Shown: positions 1 to 9,445 of the stretch, one piece after another | Numbering within the stretch: the stretch's first letter is position 1 | Layout: the number at the start of each line of letters is the position of its first letter | IMG/VR virus record: IMGVR_UViG_3300045988_011822 | Direction: 5' to 3' (one strand) | Length of the DNA stretch: 39,107 bases | DNA from: a virus | Notes under the pieces: model-generated | Database searches by the model: none | What the model was told of the DNA's origin: nothing | The model's input: the letters and a program-made list of their open reading frames with translations, nothing else | Program-made: the position numbers and the translations under genes

Positions 1-55
1 CGTCGCAGGGTTGTACACAGACCAGCACGACAAACCGCACTTCGACCCGTCGCCA
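1..55. repeat. 55-nt exact terminal overlap, identical to 39053..39107 (circular-assembly overlap)
   Basis: cgtcgcagggttgtacacagaccagcacgacaaaccgcacttcgacccgtcgcca occurs at both window ends. An ORF reads in frame across the join. Confidence 0.95.
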
Positions 56-77
56 CGGCTGCCACCGAACAGGGCAA
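1..77 (-). repeat. DGR variable repeat (VR), 5' portion on the coding strand. The VR is 39025..39052 plus 1..77, 105 bp in total.
   Basis: 95/105 identity to 38682-38786. All 10 mismatches fall where the other copy has T on the plus strand, which is A on the coding strand. Confidence 0.9.
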
Positions 78-1179
78 CTGCAACGATCGTATTGTTGAAC
101 CATAACCCATCACATTCGTATGTGGTCTCACTTCCGGATGCAACGGTCGGGATTCTTCCGATGTCGGATGCCATTTCCATTCTTGAACAGTAGCCTCCGG
201 ATGTTCCGGACGGTGTCAGTCCTGTGTTTGTGTACCCCGCACCTGTTGAGTTGTACGGAGGAACTGCTTTCACATGATACACTCCGTTGATAAGCAGCAG
301 ACCTCTCAAACGTTTCCAGTAGTTCGCAAAGAAGTTCTCGCAGTAAAATACTTTGACTGCCTGTGTGGTCGATGTATAACCGAAAAACTGTCCTTTTCCG
401 TTGAGTGTTCCGGTCTGCAAGAAATTGTCGGACTGACTGTTTCCGTTTCCAAACTTGCCTTGTGAGTTGGTGCTGCATGTAATCATCGTACACATTTCAT
501 ACATGAGGTTGATTTCAGAAAATGACTGTTTATCCCATCTGTCACCGTTCTGCTTTGCTGCGGTCGTCTCCTGCTCGTCTGTCATGGACGCTGTCGGTGT
601 GAGACCGGAGAGTGAACGCATCCTGTTGTTGACAACCGAACCCTCGTACATCGGGAAATATGTCACAGGCAGGACATTTCCGTCTGCGTCGGTGTGTGCG
701 TATGCTTTGTATGTGTCATCGTACTGCTCCTCACAGAACACAACAAAATGATAATTGTTCTGTGTCCATCTCTTGACCCAAATCAGAGGAATCTCGGACA
801 TTGCATTTCCACCGTATGATGTTTTTGTGATGTCCGATGCTCCTCCGTTCAGCTTGAGAGCATGGTTTTCATGATTCAGTTCATAGTCAACCGTTCCGTC
901 AGTTCTTACCATGACCGGACGGTTTTTCTTTACGAACCAAATATCTCCCCAGTCTCCATAATCGAACCCGCCTCCTGCGAAATTCATTCCTGCGGGTGTC
1001 ATTCCAACCGCATCATAAAGATATTTGACACGGGTTGCCGGATTGCTGTCGAGGAGGTTGATTCTCATTCCGTATCTTTTCGGTTTTGCTTTTGCGTCCT
1101 CGATAATTTTCTTTGTGTTGGAAAGAATCTCCTGCGACGTGGATTCTTTCGCCATGAATATTCTGTCACCTGCTGCCAT
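1..1179 (-). CDS. DGR target protein (variable tail-fibre/receptor-binding protein), first 393 codons. The ORF continues across the circular junction to a stop at 38993 (412 aa in total).
   Basis: ATG at 1179 overlaps the TAA of the upstream gene (TAATG). I checked all plus-strand triplets in phase 1 from nt 1 to 1179 and found no tta/cta/tca. Translation runs MAAGDRIFMAKESTSQ...VFYCENFFANYWKRL...ALFGGSRGDGSKCGLSCWSVYNPATGVYTSIVASLSCKPPVAAA*. It is absent from the ORF track because it runs off the window edge. Confidence 0.85.
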   Translation of the reverse strand, partial: MAAGDRIFMAKESTSQEILSNTKKIIEDAKAKPKRYGMRINLLDSNPATRVKYLYDAVGMTPAGMNFAGGGFDYGDWGDIWFVKKNRPVMVRTDGTVDYELNHENHALKLNGGASDITKTSYGGNAMSEIPLIWVKRWTQNNYHFVVFCEEQYDDTYKAYAHTDADGNVLPVTYFPMYEGSVVNNRMRSLSGLTPTASMTDEQETTAAKQNGDRWDKQSFSEINLMYEMCTMITCSTNSQGKFGNGNSQSDNFLQTGTLNGKGQFFGYTSTTQAVKVFYCENFFANYWKRLRGLLLINGVYHVKAVPPYNSTGAGYTNTGLTPSGTSGGYCSRMEMASDIGRIPTVASGSETTYECDGLWFNNTIVAVALFGGSRGDGSKCGLSCWSVYNPAT

Positions 1180-1565
1180 TATTCACTTGCCTCCTTTGTG
1201 ATTTCCTCAAAATACAACGTACCGTTTGAGATACCCATTCGATACTTGATTTGTGTCGCATCGTCCTCCAGTTCGACAGTCGTTGCCAGTGCTTTCATTT
1301 CTGCAAGCAACTCCGTTCCCTTTTTGACCATGTCGTCATAGTACGTTTTTGCATCTTTGTCCATTCCGGTCTTGATTTCTCTGACCTCCTCGATGTCAAA
1401 TGCGACAGGGAGGCTCATGAACTCGGTCGAACCGTTACCGATTCGGATGATTCTGTGACCGCTTGTCGTGGTTTCGAGACCCAGTTCTCCATCATCGAGA
1501 ACCCTCTTGCTCTCCGTCCACTCTGCGGTCGTTCCCTTTTTCAGAGTGATTGTTGCTGTTGCCAT
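1179..1565 (-). CDS. Tail-fibre N-terminal domain protein (HylP/Mtd-N-like)
   Basis: ITLKKGTTAEWTESKRVLDDGELGLETTTSGHRIIRIGNGSTEFMSLP parallels the remembered phage hyaluronidase/Mtd N-terminal motif (..R.sa.eW......L..GE.GfEtDT...K.GDG...f..L.). Confidence 0.6.
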   Translation of the reverse strand: MATATITLKKGTTAEWTESKRVLDDGELGLETTTSGHRIIRIGNGSTEFMSLPVAFDIEEVREIKTGMDKDAKTYYDDMVKKGTELLAEMKALATTVELEDDATQIKYRMGISNGTLYFEEITKEASE

Positions 1566-1582
1566 TCTTTTTCACCTCTTTC

Positions 1583-2434
1583 TCAAATTGTGTGTGACGT
1601 TCCTGCGATGTACTTGTCATAATCGGTCGTGAACGGTGTTCCTCCCTTGACAAGCAGGAGGTCGGTTGATTTTGGTGTTCCTCCGTCCACATTGATGTTG
1701 ATGTCCGTCTCAAGTTCTCTGATGCGTTCATAGTAGTCTTTGACTGCTGCCAGTATCGCATCAAGACCGGACTGACTGATGATGATTTTGTTTGCCTCCT
1801 CGGTCGCTGTCAGACATTTCTTTGTCTGCTCGATTGCTGCCTCCATCGCCTCGACACATTTTGCAATCGCCTTTGCGGTGTCATCCTCTCTCCGGCTCTC
1901 TTTGATTTCTCTTGCCTTTTCAGCAGCCTCTCTCAACCGCTCCTGTGCCTGTCTGACCGCCTCTGCTGCATCAATGGTGTTCTGTGTGTCCTGTGCGATT
2001 TGCAGAGCCTCTCTCGCTGCTGCAATGGTGTTCTCCAGTCTTGTATATTCTCCGGAGTGAATGATTTCCGATTCATCCCGCTGTGACGGAAAAATCTCCA
2101 TCTCAAACGTCGCACTCGTCAGCAATGCACCATTTTGATACAACTGCACCTCACACAATGCTGTTCCGTGAACCTGCAACATGCCTCTTGTGAGAGGAAT
2201 GAGAGCCTCATTTCCGGACTTTTCTCCATCGTTGTGAACGTGTGTCTTGTCCGGTTTGGTCATGTTGATAATGACCTCCACATTGTCCGGTATCTCATAC
2301 ACGACACCGTCCTCCATGAGCGTCACTCCGATGTACCGTGTTCCCATATCCATCTGTTTCGCTGCAACTGCAAAATGCTGTGTGTCTCCATACAAATCCA
2401 CTTTGATGTGTCTAATGATTTCCAATTTTCTCAC
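1583..2434 (-). CDS. Baseplate/fibre protein with a BppU-N-like domain and a central coiled coil (start may be TTG 2425)
   Basis: 283 aa. N-terminus ...DTQHFAVAAKQMDMGTRYIGVTLMEDGVVYEIPDNVEVIINMTKPD resembles BppU_N. Confidence 0.5.
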   Translation of the reverse strand: MRKLEIIRHIKVDLYGDTQHFAVAAKQMDMGTRYIGVTLMEDGVVYEIPDNVEVIINMTKPDKTHVHNDGEKSGNEALIPLTRGMLQVHGTALCEVQLYQNGALLTSATFEMEIFPSQRDESEIIHSGEYTRLENTIAAAREALQIAQDTQNTIDAAEAVRQAQERLREAAEKAREIKESRREDDTAKAIAKCVEAMEAAIEQTKKCLTATEEANKIIISQSGLDAILAAVKDYYERIRELETDININVDGGTPKSTDLLLVKGGTPFTTDYDKYIAGTSHTI

Positions 2435-2438
2435 CTCC

Positions 2439-3449
2439 TCATGACAATTCTTGCTCGGTTCTCTGAACCTCCTCGAATGACAGTCTTGTGTTTGCCAGTT
2501 CGACCTTGTTCTTTTCTTTCGTCAACGGGTATTCATAGAATTTCACAATCCTGTGGCTCTCACGGATTCCCGTTGACTTGGAGATCAGCAGCACCGTGTC
2601 TCCCAGTGCTATACTGAACACCTCTTTGTACTGTTCTTTTTTCTCCTCGTCCTGCACTGCCTCAACAAGATTGATGATTTCTGCTGTGTACGACCTGTAT
2701 GGTTTGGAAAGTTCGTCCAGTTTCGCCTCCGCATCCTCTTTCAGTGATTCCGCATCCGTGTATCTTTCATCTTTCCACGTCATCGTTTTCACTTTCTTTG
2801 AATACTGGTGATTCTCAACATAATTTTTCCCGTCGATATTCAGCATCAATCCATCTTTCCCTATCGGAATGAGCCTTGTTGCAAAGTCGTATGAGTTTGA
2901 CTGCACCTGCAACCGCTTGAGGTTCAGACGTTCAATGAAATATGCTCCTCTGTCCTCTCCGTATTTCTCATATACCGAAATTCCCTTGTTCAGAGAATCG
3001 AACACCATCTCGCATCTATACGTTGTAATTGCCTGTTGAGCGACATCCCATGCAGAACAGTTCTGCTCTATCCGGATTGTTCTCTTTTTGGAAACATCGC
3101 ACCGGATGACTTTCCATCCAGTTCCGTCGATTGCCTCTGTTAGACATTCATCGACCGTCTTTTCCACAGTCTCGAATCCCTGCGGATATTGTTTGCCCTC
3201 CAGTTCCTCGACGTTCAATGTTCCGGTGCATTTGTACCATTCCCCGCTCGGCTCGACCTGCTTGATAACAAATTCGTCCGTGTCGGTTCTGATATATCCC
3301 TCCTCTTTGATGTCCGCTGCATACCTGTTTGTCTTTCGGAACTCGAATGTGATTTCCTTATCTCCAGTCTTGAGAGTGCTTGTGATGCACGTTTCTTTTA
3401 TTCCGGATAAAATACACACCTTTTCGTGTGAATCATTGTACAAATCCAT
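2439..3449 (-). CDS. Tail-associated protein (Tal / prophage tail endopeptidase N-terminal-like)
   Basis: Follows Dit. Start at MDLYNDSHEK, preceded by AGGAGG. Confidence 0.55.
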   Translation of the reverse strand: MDLYNDSHEKVCILSGIKETCITSTLKTGDKEITFEFRKTNRYAADIKEEGYIRTDTDEFVIKQVEPSGEWYKCTGTLNVEELEGKQYPQGFETVEKTVDECLTEAIDGTGWKVIRCDVSKKRTIRIEQNCSAWDVAQQAITTYRCEMVFDSLNKGISVYEKYGEDRGAYFIERLNLKRLQVQSNSYDFATRLIPIGKDGLMLNIDGKNYVENHQYSKKVKTMTWKDERYTDAESLKEDAEAKLDELSKPYRSYTAEIINLVEAVQDEEKKEQYKEVFSIALGDTVLLISKSTGIRESHRIVKFYEYPLTKEKNKVELANTRLSFEEVQRTEQELS

Positions 3450-3460
3450 CTGACCGCCTC

Positions 3461-4168
3461 CTATAACCACATAGGTTTATACTGCAATGTGACAAGTGCG
3501 TTATTGTCAGAGAAAATGAGATGATGTTCCTTTTCCTGCCCTGTTGTGAGATACGGAAATTCCATCAATGACACATCCTTGAACTTGTTCTCTCCGTCCA
3601 TCGTTGCGAATCCTGTTTCTCCGTCAATGATGACGGTTGCTCCTCTCGGAATCGTGTCGATAATAATTTCACCGCAGGAAAGACCGTTGATTCTTAACTG
3701 CTCAATGTACTCCGTTGCTGTGATTGTCAGTCTGCACGGTGTCGCCCTGTTTCCCTGTGCCTCAAATATTGCCTCATACGCTCCCTGCCAGTTCAAACTC
3801 ACTTCGTCGCTGAACCAGTACCCCGTGAATTTGAACTCTGCTGTGTACCGTGTTTTCGTTATTGTCTTGCTCAACGAGTTCCCCGTCATATATGCCTTAA
3901 AATGGCGACTGTACCCGTCCAGTGTAAGGACAACACCTTTCTGCAACTCTGCATTGAAATCACTGACATGTTTTTGAACCTCGTCTCTGTCTTTTCCTCT
4001 GAACAGGACTGTCACTGTCAGTCCGGACAATGGTGTGTATGTTTCGGATTCCGACGGTATCAATGCCCCGTCGAACATCTCCACCGTCACCCCCGTCTGT
4101 GGAGGCTCGAAATCAACTGTCAACTGCTTTGCATCGAATGACCGAATGTCTATGCTGTCAATTTTCAT
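3461..4168 (-). CDS. Distal tail protein (Dit-like)
   Basis: 235 aa immediately after the TMP. Confidence 0.6.
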   Translation of the reverse strand: MKIDSIDIRSFDAKQLTVDFEPPQTGVTVEMFDGALIPSESETYTPLSGLTVTVLFRGKDRDEVQKHVSDFNAELQKGVVLTLDGYSRHFKAYMTGNSLSKTITKTRYTAEFKFTGYWFSDEVSLNWQGAYEAIFEAQGNRATPCRLTITATEYIEQLRINGLSCGEIIIDTIPRGATVIIDGETGFATMDGENKFKDVSLMEFPYLTTGQEKEHHLIFSDNNALVTLQYKPMWL

Positions 4169-4172
4169 GTCC

Positions 4173-7100
4173 TCACCTCCGTTTTTTTGTTGCTATTGCA
4201 AGATTATCACTGACCTTTTCGGTCGTTCTGCTTGCCACTTCGTCTCCGTCAATATAGTTGTGAACCTCGATAAAAGCGTTCACATTCTGATTGATCGCTT
4301 TCAGCTTTCGGTCAAGCATTGAGTTCAATTCTGTGTAAAACTCTGCAAGTGGCAAGATTGCCTCTGCTCCTGCCTCTCCTCCGACCATGAGCCTCGTTCC
4401 ATTCATTCCGAACACTGTCGGACTTGTCATGATTCCTCCTGTTTTGTACCATTCAACACCGAATGACGGTACAGATGGAGGGTTCAGACTGAACGAACCG
4501 GATATACTAAAATGTGGCATTTTCAAATGTGGCAATGACCACTCAAAATTGAAAAATCCCTTGATTCTGTCGATAGCATTTGAGACCGCTGTCTTTGCGG
4601 ATTCCATCTTTTCGCTGAATTTTGCTCGTATGCTCTCCATGACTGAACCGACCGTTGAAAGAGCACCGTTCAATTTTGTCGAGAAAGATGACTTGATGCT
4701 GTCGAGTTTTCCACCTGTCAACGTGTTCGCTGTGGACATGAGTGAGTTCATCGTGTCCTTGATGCCTGTGAATGTAGCCGACACAATTCCTTTCATGCCC
4801 CCGCCTTTTTCGTTATAGGCAGATTTCATATTTTCCAGTTTTGTGGAAACATTGGTCTTTGCGGTCTCCATGAGATTCGTCGCTGTGTCCTTGATGTTTG
4901 TAAACCTCGTTGACCATCCCTGTTTTACGCTCTCGACCTTGTTTGTAAAATCGTTCTTGAGTGACAGGAGTTTGTTGCTCGCATCTGTGTTCCACTGCTG
5001 CATCGTCGTTGAAATCGTCGATTTCATGTGAGACCATCCGGTTGACACATAGGACTGTATTCCGGAAATCTTCGTCGTGAAATCGGTTCTGATTTCCGTC
5101 AGTTTATTTGATGCGTTTGTTTTCCACTCGGTCATCTTGGATGTGACCGTCGTTTTCATATTCTCCCAACCCTCGGAGACTTTCGTCTTGATTTCCGATG
5201 TCTTTTCAGAGAATTTTGTCTTGATTTCTGTCAGTTTTCCTCCCGACAGATTATCAACGAACGTGAATCCGGCTGTGTAATAGCCTTTGATTCCCTCCCA
5301 TCCTGCTGCAACTACTCCTTTAATACCGCCCCCGTTTTCCTCATAGGCGGTTTTCATGTTCCCCAGTTTCTCCTTTGCGGTGTCAACTGCTGCCCCCATG
5401 AACTTTGTGACAGTATTTTTCACCGCTGAAAACGTCTTTGTCGCTGCTTGTCCGACTGCACTATTCGCAACCGAATCTTTTATCTCGTTCACCTTATTCG
5501 TGACCGCCTCTTTTGCTTTCGAGAACGCTCCCGTTATGGTTTCCTTGATTGCGTTGAATTTCTCCTTGACGTTACTCCACAACTCGGATAATTTTTCTTT
5601 GACCTTATCCCAGTTTTTATATAAAGCGATTCCTGCTGCGATCAGTCCTGCAATCAGTGTCACAATTAAAATAATCGGACACAGATTCATGACTGCATTG
5701 AGGGCGGTCTGTGCCACCGTCATTCCTCCAGTCACTCCGGTCGCTGTCGCTGTTGCTGCGGTATGTGCTGCCTCCGCTGCTGCCCCTGCTGTGTCTGCTG
5801 CTGTTCCTGCTGCGGTTGCTGCTGTCTTGGCTGTTATCTTTGCGATGATTCCTCCGACAAACGATGCAAACTGTTGACCTGTTTTCACTGTCGTCGATAT
5901 TCCCTGTGCTACTTTTCCGAATCCGATTGCTAAAGGACCCACCGCAGCCACCACAAGACCGACCTTGATGATTGTCTGCTGTTGCCCCTCGTCAAGAGAG
6001 GTGAACCACTTTGTCAGTTCTTGAATCTTTGTCGTCACCTTTTCGATGACTGGTGCTGCTGCGGTCTGTGCTGTTGTCGCCAGTGTTGACAATGCCAGTT
6101 TTGCATTGTTCATCGCTATTGTTGCATTATCAATCGGGTCGAGTGTTCCGTTGTATGTGTCCTCGACCGTCGTTCCATATTCCGACATTGAGGATGACAG
6201 GCTTGTGAGGTCAATTCTGTTCTCTCGGATTGCTGTCGCCATTTCCGCAGCACCCTTTTTCCCGAACAGTTCTGTCGCAATCTGTAAAGCCTCTGTGTCC
6301 GTCTTTGCGTTCTTAATGCTGCCGATTGTCTCCTCCAGTGCGACATCCATTGACTTTCCCTCGGCTGTTGCGTTCTGCAATGCCTTTTTCAGTCCTGCCA
6401 GTGCTGTCGTAGAATCAACACCGTTCGCATCGAATTGAGCCATCAAATTGATTGCTTGTGGTAATGACAACCCCATCTCTTTGAACGCTGAATTGTTATC
6501 CAGTACATAACTTTCGAGTTTGTCAACGGAAATTCCTGTCTCCTGTGCTTTTGATGTCAGCAATCCCAACAGATTCCCCGTCTGTGATGTGTCTATGTTC
6601 CACGCTTTCATGATTTTGTCCACTTGGTCAACAGACTGTGTCACATTCGTTCCGTTTATGCTCGAAAACTGAATGAATTGCGTTGACAGGCTCTCCAGTT
6701 CCTCTCCTGTCGAATGAAATCTCGTGTTTACTTCACCGATAGCCTCTCCGACCGTTGACATGTCCTCCGGCATACTTCCGAAAACATTGTCCGCAGATGC
6801 GGTCAATCCCTCCAGTGCCTCTCCGGTTGCTCCTGTCTTTGTCACTATCGTGTCATATCCCTCGTCGAGTTCCTTGAACGCTGCGATTGATGCTGCTCCT
6901 ATTGCAGCAATTCCCGCAGAAACGACGGACATTTTCTTTCCGAAACTCTCCATCTTTTGTCCTGCTTTGTCACAACCGCTTGCAAATTCATTCAGTTTAT
7001 GATTTTTCAGTTCCTTGTTTACTTTTTCGAGTTCAGATTCCATCTCGACGAGTGATGCTTTTGATGCGTTCGTCTTTGTGGTCTGATTTGCAAGAGCAGT

Positions 7101-7526
7101 CTCCGTCTTTCCGATTGCTGTCTCGTTTGCCTTAAATTCCTGCTCCAGTTTGTCGAGTTCCTCTTTCAGTGCCTTTGACTGCTCTGAATTTGCTCCGGTC
7201 GCCTTTGTTGAATCCTCATAGGCTTTCTTTGCTGCCTCGACCTTTGTTTTCAATTCCTCCTGCTTTGTCTTTTGGTCTGAAAGTTTCTGCGTGAGTTTTG
7301 CTTGTTGCTCACTGTTTAATTGAACGATATTCTTTTGCAGAGTGATTTTTTGAGTGAGGCTCTCGGCTTTCGCCTTGAGTTGGTCTGCTGCCGAACCGAA
7401 CGCTTTTGCTTGCGTCTGTGCCAGTTTGAACTCACTGGATAACACTTTCATCTGTGACGCAGCAGATTTCATTTGTGACTGATAATCAGACGAATTTGCT
7501 GAAATCTTCACGCTTGTATGTGCCAT
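4173..7526 (-). CDS. Tail tape measure protein
   Basis: 1117 aa with long coiled coils, a central hydrophobic block (LCPIILIVTLIAGLIAAGIALY) and tandem W-periodic repeats. Canonical position. Confidence 0.9.
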   Translation of the reverse strand: MAHTSVKISANSSDYQSQMKSAASQMKVLSSEFKLAQTQAKAFGSAADQLKAKAESLTQKITLQKNIVQLNSEQQAKLTQKLSDQKTKQEELKTKVEAAKKAYEDSTKATGANSEQSKALKEELDKLEQEFKANETAIGKTETALANQTTKTNASKASLVEMESELEKVNKELKNHKLNEFASGCDKAGQKMESFGKKMSVVSAGIAAIGAASIAAFKELDEGYDTIVTKTGATGEALEGLTASADNVFGSMPEDMSTVGEAIGEVNTRFHSTGEELESLSTQFIQFSSINGTNVTQSVDQVDKIMKAWNIDTSQTGNLLGLLTSKAQETGISVDKLESYVLDNNSAFKEMGLSLPQAINLMAQFDANGVDSTTALAGLKKALQNATAEGKSMDVALEETIGSIKNAKTDTEALQIATELFGKKGAAEMATAIRENRIDLTSLSSSMSEYGTTVEDTYNGTLDPIDNATIAMNNAKLALSTLATTAQTAAAPVIEKVTTKIQELTKWFTSLDEGQQQTIIKVGLVVAAVGPLAIGFGKVAQGISTTVKTGQQFASFVGGIIAKITAKTAATAAGTAADTAGAAAEAAHTAATATATGVTGGMTVAQTALNAVMNLCPIILIVTLIAGLIAAGIALYKNWDKVKEKLSELWSNVKEKFNAIKETITGAFSKAKEAVTNKVNEIKDSVANSAVGQAATKTFSAVKNTVTKFMGAAVDTAKEKLGNMKTAYEENGGGIKGVVAAGWEGIKGYYTAGFTFVDNLSGGKLTEIKTKFSEKTSEIKTKVSEGWENMKTTVTSKMTEWKTNASNKLTEIRTDFTTKISGIQSYVSTGWSHMKSTISTTMQQWNTDASNKLLSLKNDFTNKVESVKQGWSTRFTNIKDTATNLMETAKTNVSTKLENMKSAYNEKGGGMKGIVSATFTGIKDTMNSLMSTANTLTGGKLDSIKSSFSTKLNGALSTVGSVMESIRAKFSEKMESAKTAVSNAIDRIKGFFNFEWSLPHLKMPHFSISGSFSLNPPSVPSFGVEWYKTGGIMTSPTVFGMNGTRLMVGGEAGAEAILPLAEFYTELNSMLDRKLKAINQNVNAFIEVHNYIDGDEVASRTTEKVSDNLAIATKKRR

Positions 7527-7546
7527 CGGTTCTCCTCCTCTCTGTG

Positions 7547-8071
7547 TTATGTGTTCTCGTTCACCGTTTCAAGTTCAAATTTCAGATATTTCAGCAGTTC
7601 AATGATATTTTCTTTCATGCACTGCCCGTATGATTCCCGCATGAGCCGAATCGCAATTTTTGTCACACGGTCAACGATTTCTCCGCATATCTTCCATGTG
7701 TTCTGTTCTTCCTGCTCCTCGTCCTCATACCCATTCTCACGGTCATATTCGTCGAACGCAGATGTCTCTCTTTCGATTGGCTCTGTCTCGACAATGTTCA
7801 GCAACGCATCGGAAACAATATCCTGCATGATGAAATGAATCCCCTTTGATGCTGTCAGAAATTCAATGACATCCACCTCACCCAGTTCATCGAGAGACAT
7901 CCTGTTTCCGAATATCTCTTGAATAATTCTTTTGTTGAAAAACAGTGCATCCGTTATTTTGTCCGAACCGTTTTTCTCCATGAGTGCAGCATATTTCTTG
8001 TACTGCTCAACCGTTATGTTATTGATGAATACTTTTCCTGTGCTGCAAGTGATTGTTATTTCCGGAATCAC
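7547..8071 (-). CDS. Tail assembly chaperone extension (gpT-like), in the -1 frame relative to the previous ORF
   Basis: This frame stays open upstream through the slippery AAATTTT at 8089-8083. It also has a GTG start overlapping the stop (GTGA). Confidence 0.6.
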   Translation of the reverse strand: MIPEITITCSTGKVFINNITVEQYKKYAALMEKNGSDKITDALFFNKRIIQEIFGNRMSLDELGEVDVIEFLTASKGIHFIMQDIVSDALLNIVETEPIERETSAFDEYDRENGYEDEEQEEQNTWKICGEIVDRVTKIAIRLMRESYGQCMKENIIELLKYLKFELETVNENT

Positions 8072-8403
8072 TTGCCACTCTGAAAATTTTTCATCATCTT
8101 GTCCATTCTCTTGTTCATTTCCTCTGCGATTCCCATGTCAATCATGTTGAACTCGATGACGATTCCTGCTGCATCCAGTCCGCTCTCTGCGTCCTTTAAC
8201 TCGTCAACCGTGAACTGATTTCCGTATGCTTTGCAGATGAACAACATCATCGCCTCAATTTCCTGTCGTGAGTATCTTTTTGACGCTCTCTCGGATGTCG
8301 CAGCGTCAATCTGTTCTGCAAGTTCGAGATATTCCATGTATGTGTCCGCAGACATTTTCTCCATTTTGAACTCTTTATGATTCACGATAATTTTTCTATT
8401 CAT
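8068..8403 (-). CDS. Tail assembly chaperone (gpG-like)
   Basis: 111 aa and acidic, directly upstream of a -1-frame ORF and the TMP. Confidence 0.65.
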   Translation of the reverse strand: MNRKIIVNHKEFKMEKMSADTYMEYLELAEQIDAATSERASKRYSRQEIEAMMLFICKAYGNQFTVDELKDAESGLDAAGIVIEFNMIDMGIAEEMNKRMDKMMKNFQSGK

Positions 8404-8435
8404 TGAATTATCCTCCTGTTATATCCTCTCTTGTT

Positions 8436-9071
8436 TTACGCTGCTGCGTCCGGTGCTTCCTGCACTTTTGAGAACCAGTCTTTGATTGCTGTTGCTGCAT
8501 CCGTGTCCTCTGCTACAAGGTTGGATTCATCAACAGATACCTCATACAGATTGTCGATGCTACGCTCGTAGAAACTGCCCTTGATGCTCTTGGTTGTAGG
8601 TGACAGTTTTCCCTCTTTAGTGCTTGCCTCCTCGCTGATACCCTCTGCAAACTTTCCGACATAAAGCCACTTGAACTCATATTTCCCGTTGAGTTTTCTT
8701 TCTCTCCATCCGACAGCGACCTCCGGTGCTCTGTCGTCAGATGACTTTCTCAAGAATCCTTTCTCGTACAACTGCCCGAACAGAATCACTCTGTCCTGCG
8801 GTGCAAGAGCATTGATTTCCAGTTCGACATCTGTTCCCTCGTATGAGGTGATGACCTCCTCGGTGTTATCGTCGGAGTAGATTTTCTCACTTGTCCACTT
8901 TTCATCAATTTTCGCTTTGATTGCCCTTGCTAATTTCACCGGAGTTCCGGCTGTGTATGCTGTTGCAGTATTGCTCTGCACCAGTGCGATGTAGAAATCT
9001 TTCAGACCGCAAGTTCTACTCCTTACAATCTGCTGTGTGGTTTCATTTACCTGTGTTACTGTTTCGCTCAT
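8436..9071 (-). CDS. Major tail protein
   Basis: 211 aa directly upstream of the chaperone pair and the TMP. Confidence 0.65.
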   Translation of the reverse strand: MSETVTQVNETTQQIVRSRTCGLKDFYIALVQSNTATAYTAGTPVKLARAIKAKIDEKWTSEKIYSDDNTEEVITSYEGTDVELEINALAPQDRVILFGQLYEKGFLRKSSDDRAPEVAVGWRERKLNGKYEFKWLYVGKFAEGISEEASTKEGKLSPTTKSIKGSFYERSIDNLYEVSVDESNLVAEDTDAATAIKDWFSKVQEAPDAAA

Positions 9072-9445
9072 GATTTTTCCTCGCTTTCATAATATTTTGT
9101 GAATCGCTGTGCTTTCATATAGATTCCATCCTCCGGTTTTGAATCGTCTCCGTTTCTCCCCTCGAATGAGAACCCATTCTCTTTCATGATAGACTTGATT
9201 TCCCTTGCCAGTTCCACCTCGTCCTCATTTGAGAAAATGGTGACTTGCAAGGAAAGTGTCACTCCCTCCGCATCATCATCCGAAAAATTATCATCGGTTT
9301 CGCCCAAATCCCACAATGTCACATGACATTTGTTGAGGTCTTTGTCATACCACCCCTGCATCACGGTGATTCCTCTGTCCTCTATCGGCTTGAGTGCGTC
9401 TGATGCGTCTTTTATGATGTCCGGACTGCTGTCCATGCTTATCAC
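9068..9445 (-). CDS. Tail terminator/completion protein candidate
   Basis: 125 aa. Assigned by synteny only. Confidence 0.4.
   Translation of the reverse strand: MISMDSSPDIIKDASDALKPIEDRGITVMQGWYDKDLNKCHVTLWDLGETDDNFSDDDAEGVTLSLQVTIFSNEDEVELAREIKSIMKENGFSFEGRNGDDSKPEDGIYMKAQRFTKYYESEEKS

Noticed and set aside
1-55. Terminal 55-nt repeat as a biological direct terminal repeat or attL/attR duplication
   Set aside because: The exact length, perfect identity and an ORF continuing in frame across the join fit an assembly k-mer overlap of a circular molecule. The integrase-proximal non-coding region is elsewhere, at about 33.4-33.7 kb.
128-493. 121-aa minus-strand ORF from the track (MYDDYMQHQLTRQVWKRKQ...)
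   Set aside because: It is out of frame and entirely inside the 412-aa DGR target ORF. Its sequence is Arg/Gln-rich and not protein-like.
4173-7526. Tandem ~37-aa repeats inside the tape measure gene (…KLTEIKTKFSEKTSEIKTKVSEGWENMKTT… / …KLTEIRTDFTTKISGIQSYVSTGWSHMKST…)
   Set aside because: Periodic Trp/Phe-containing repeats are a normal feature of tape measure proteins, not a separate element.
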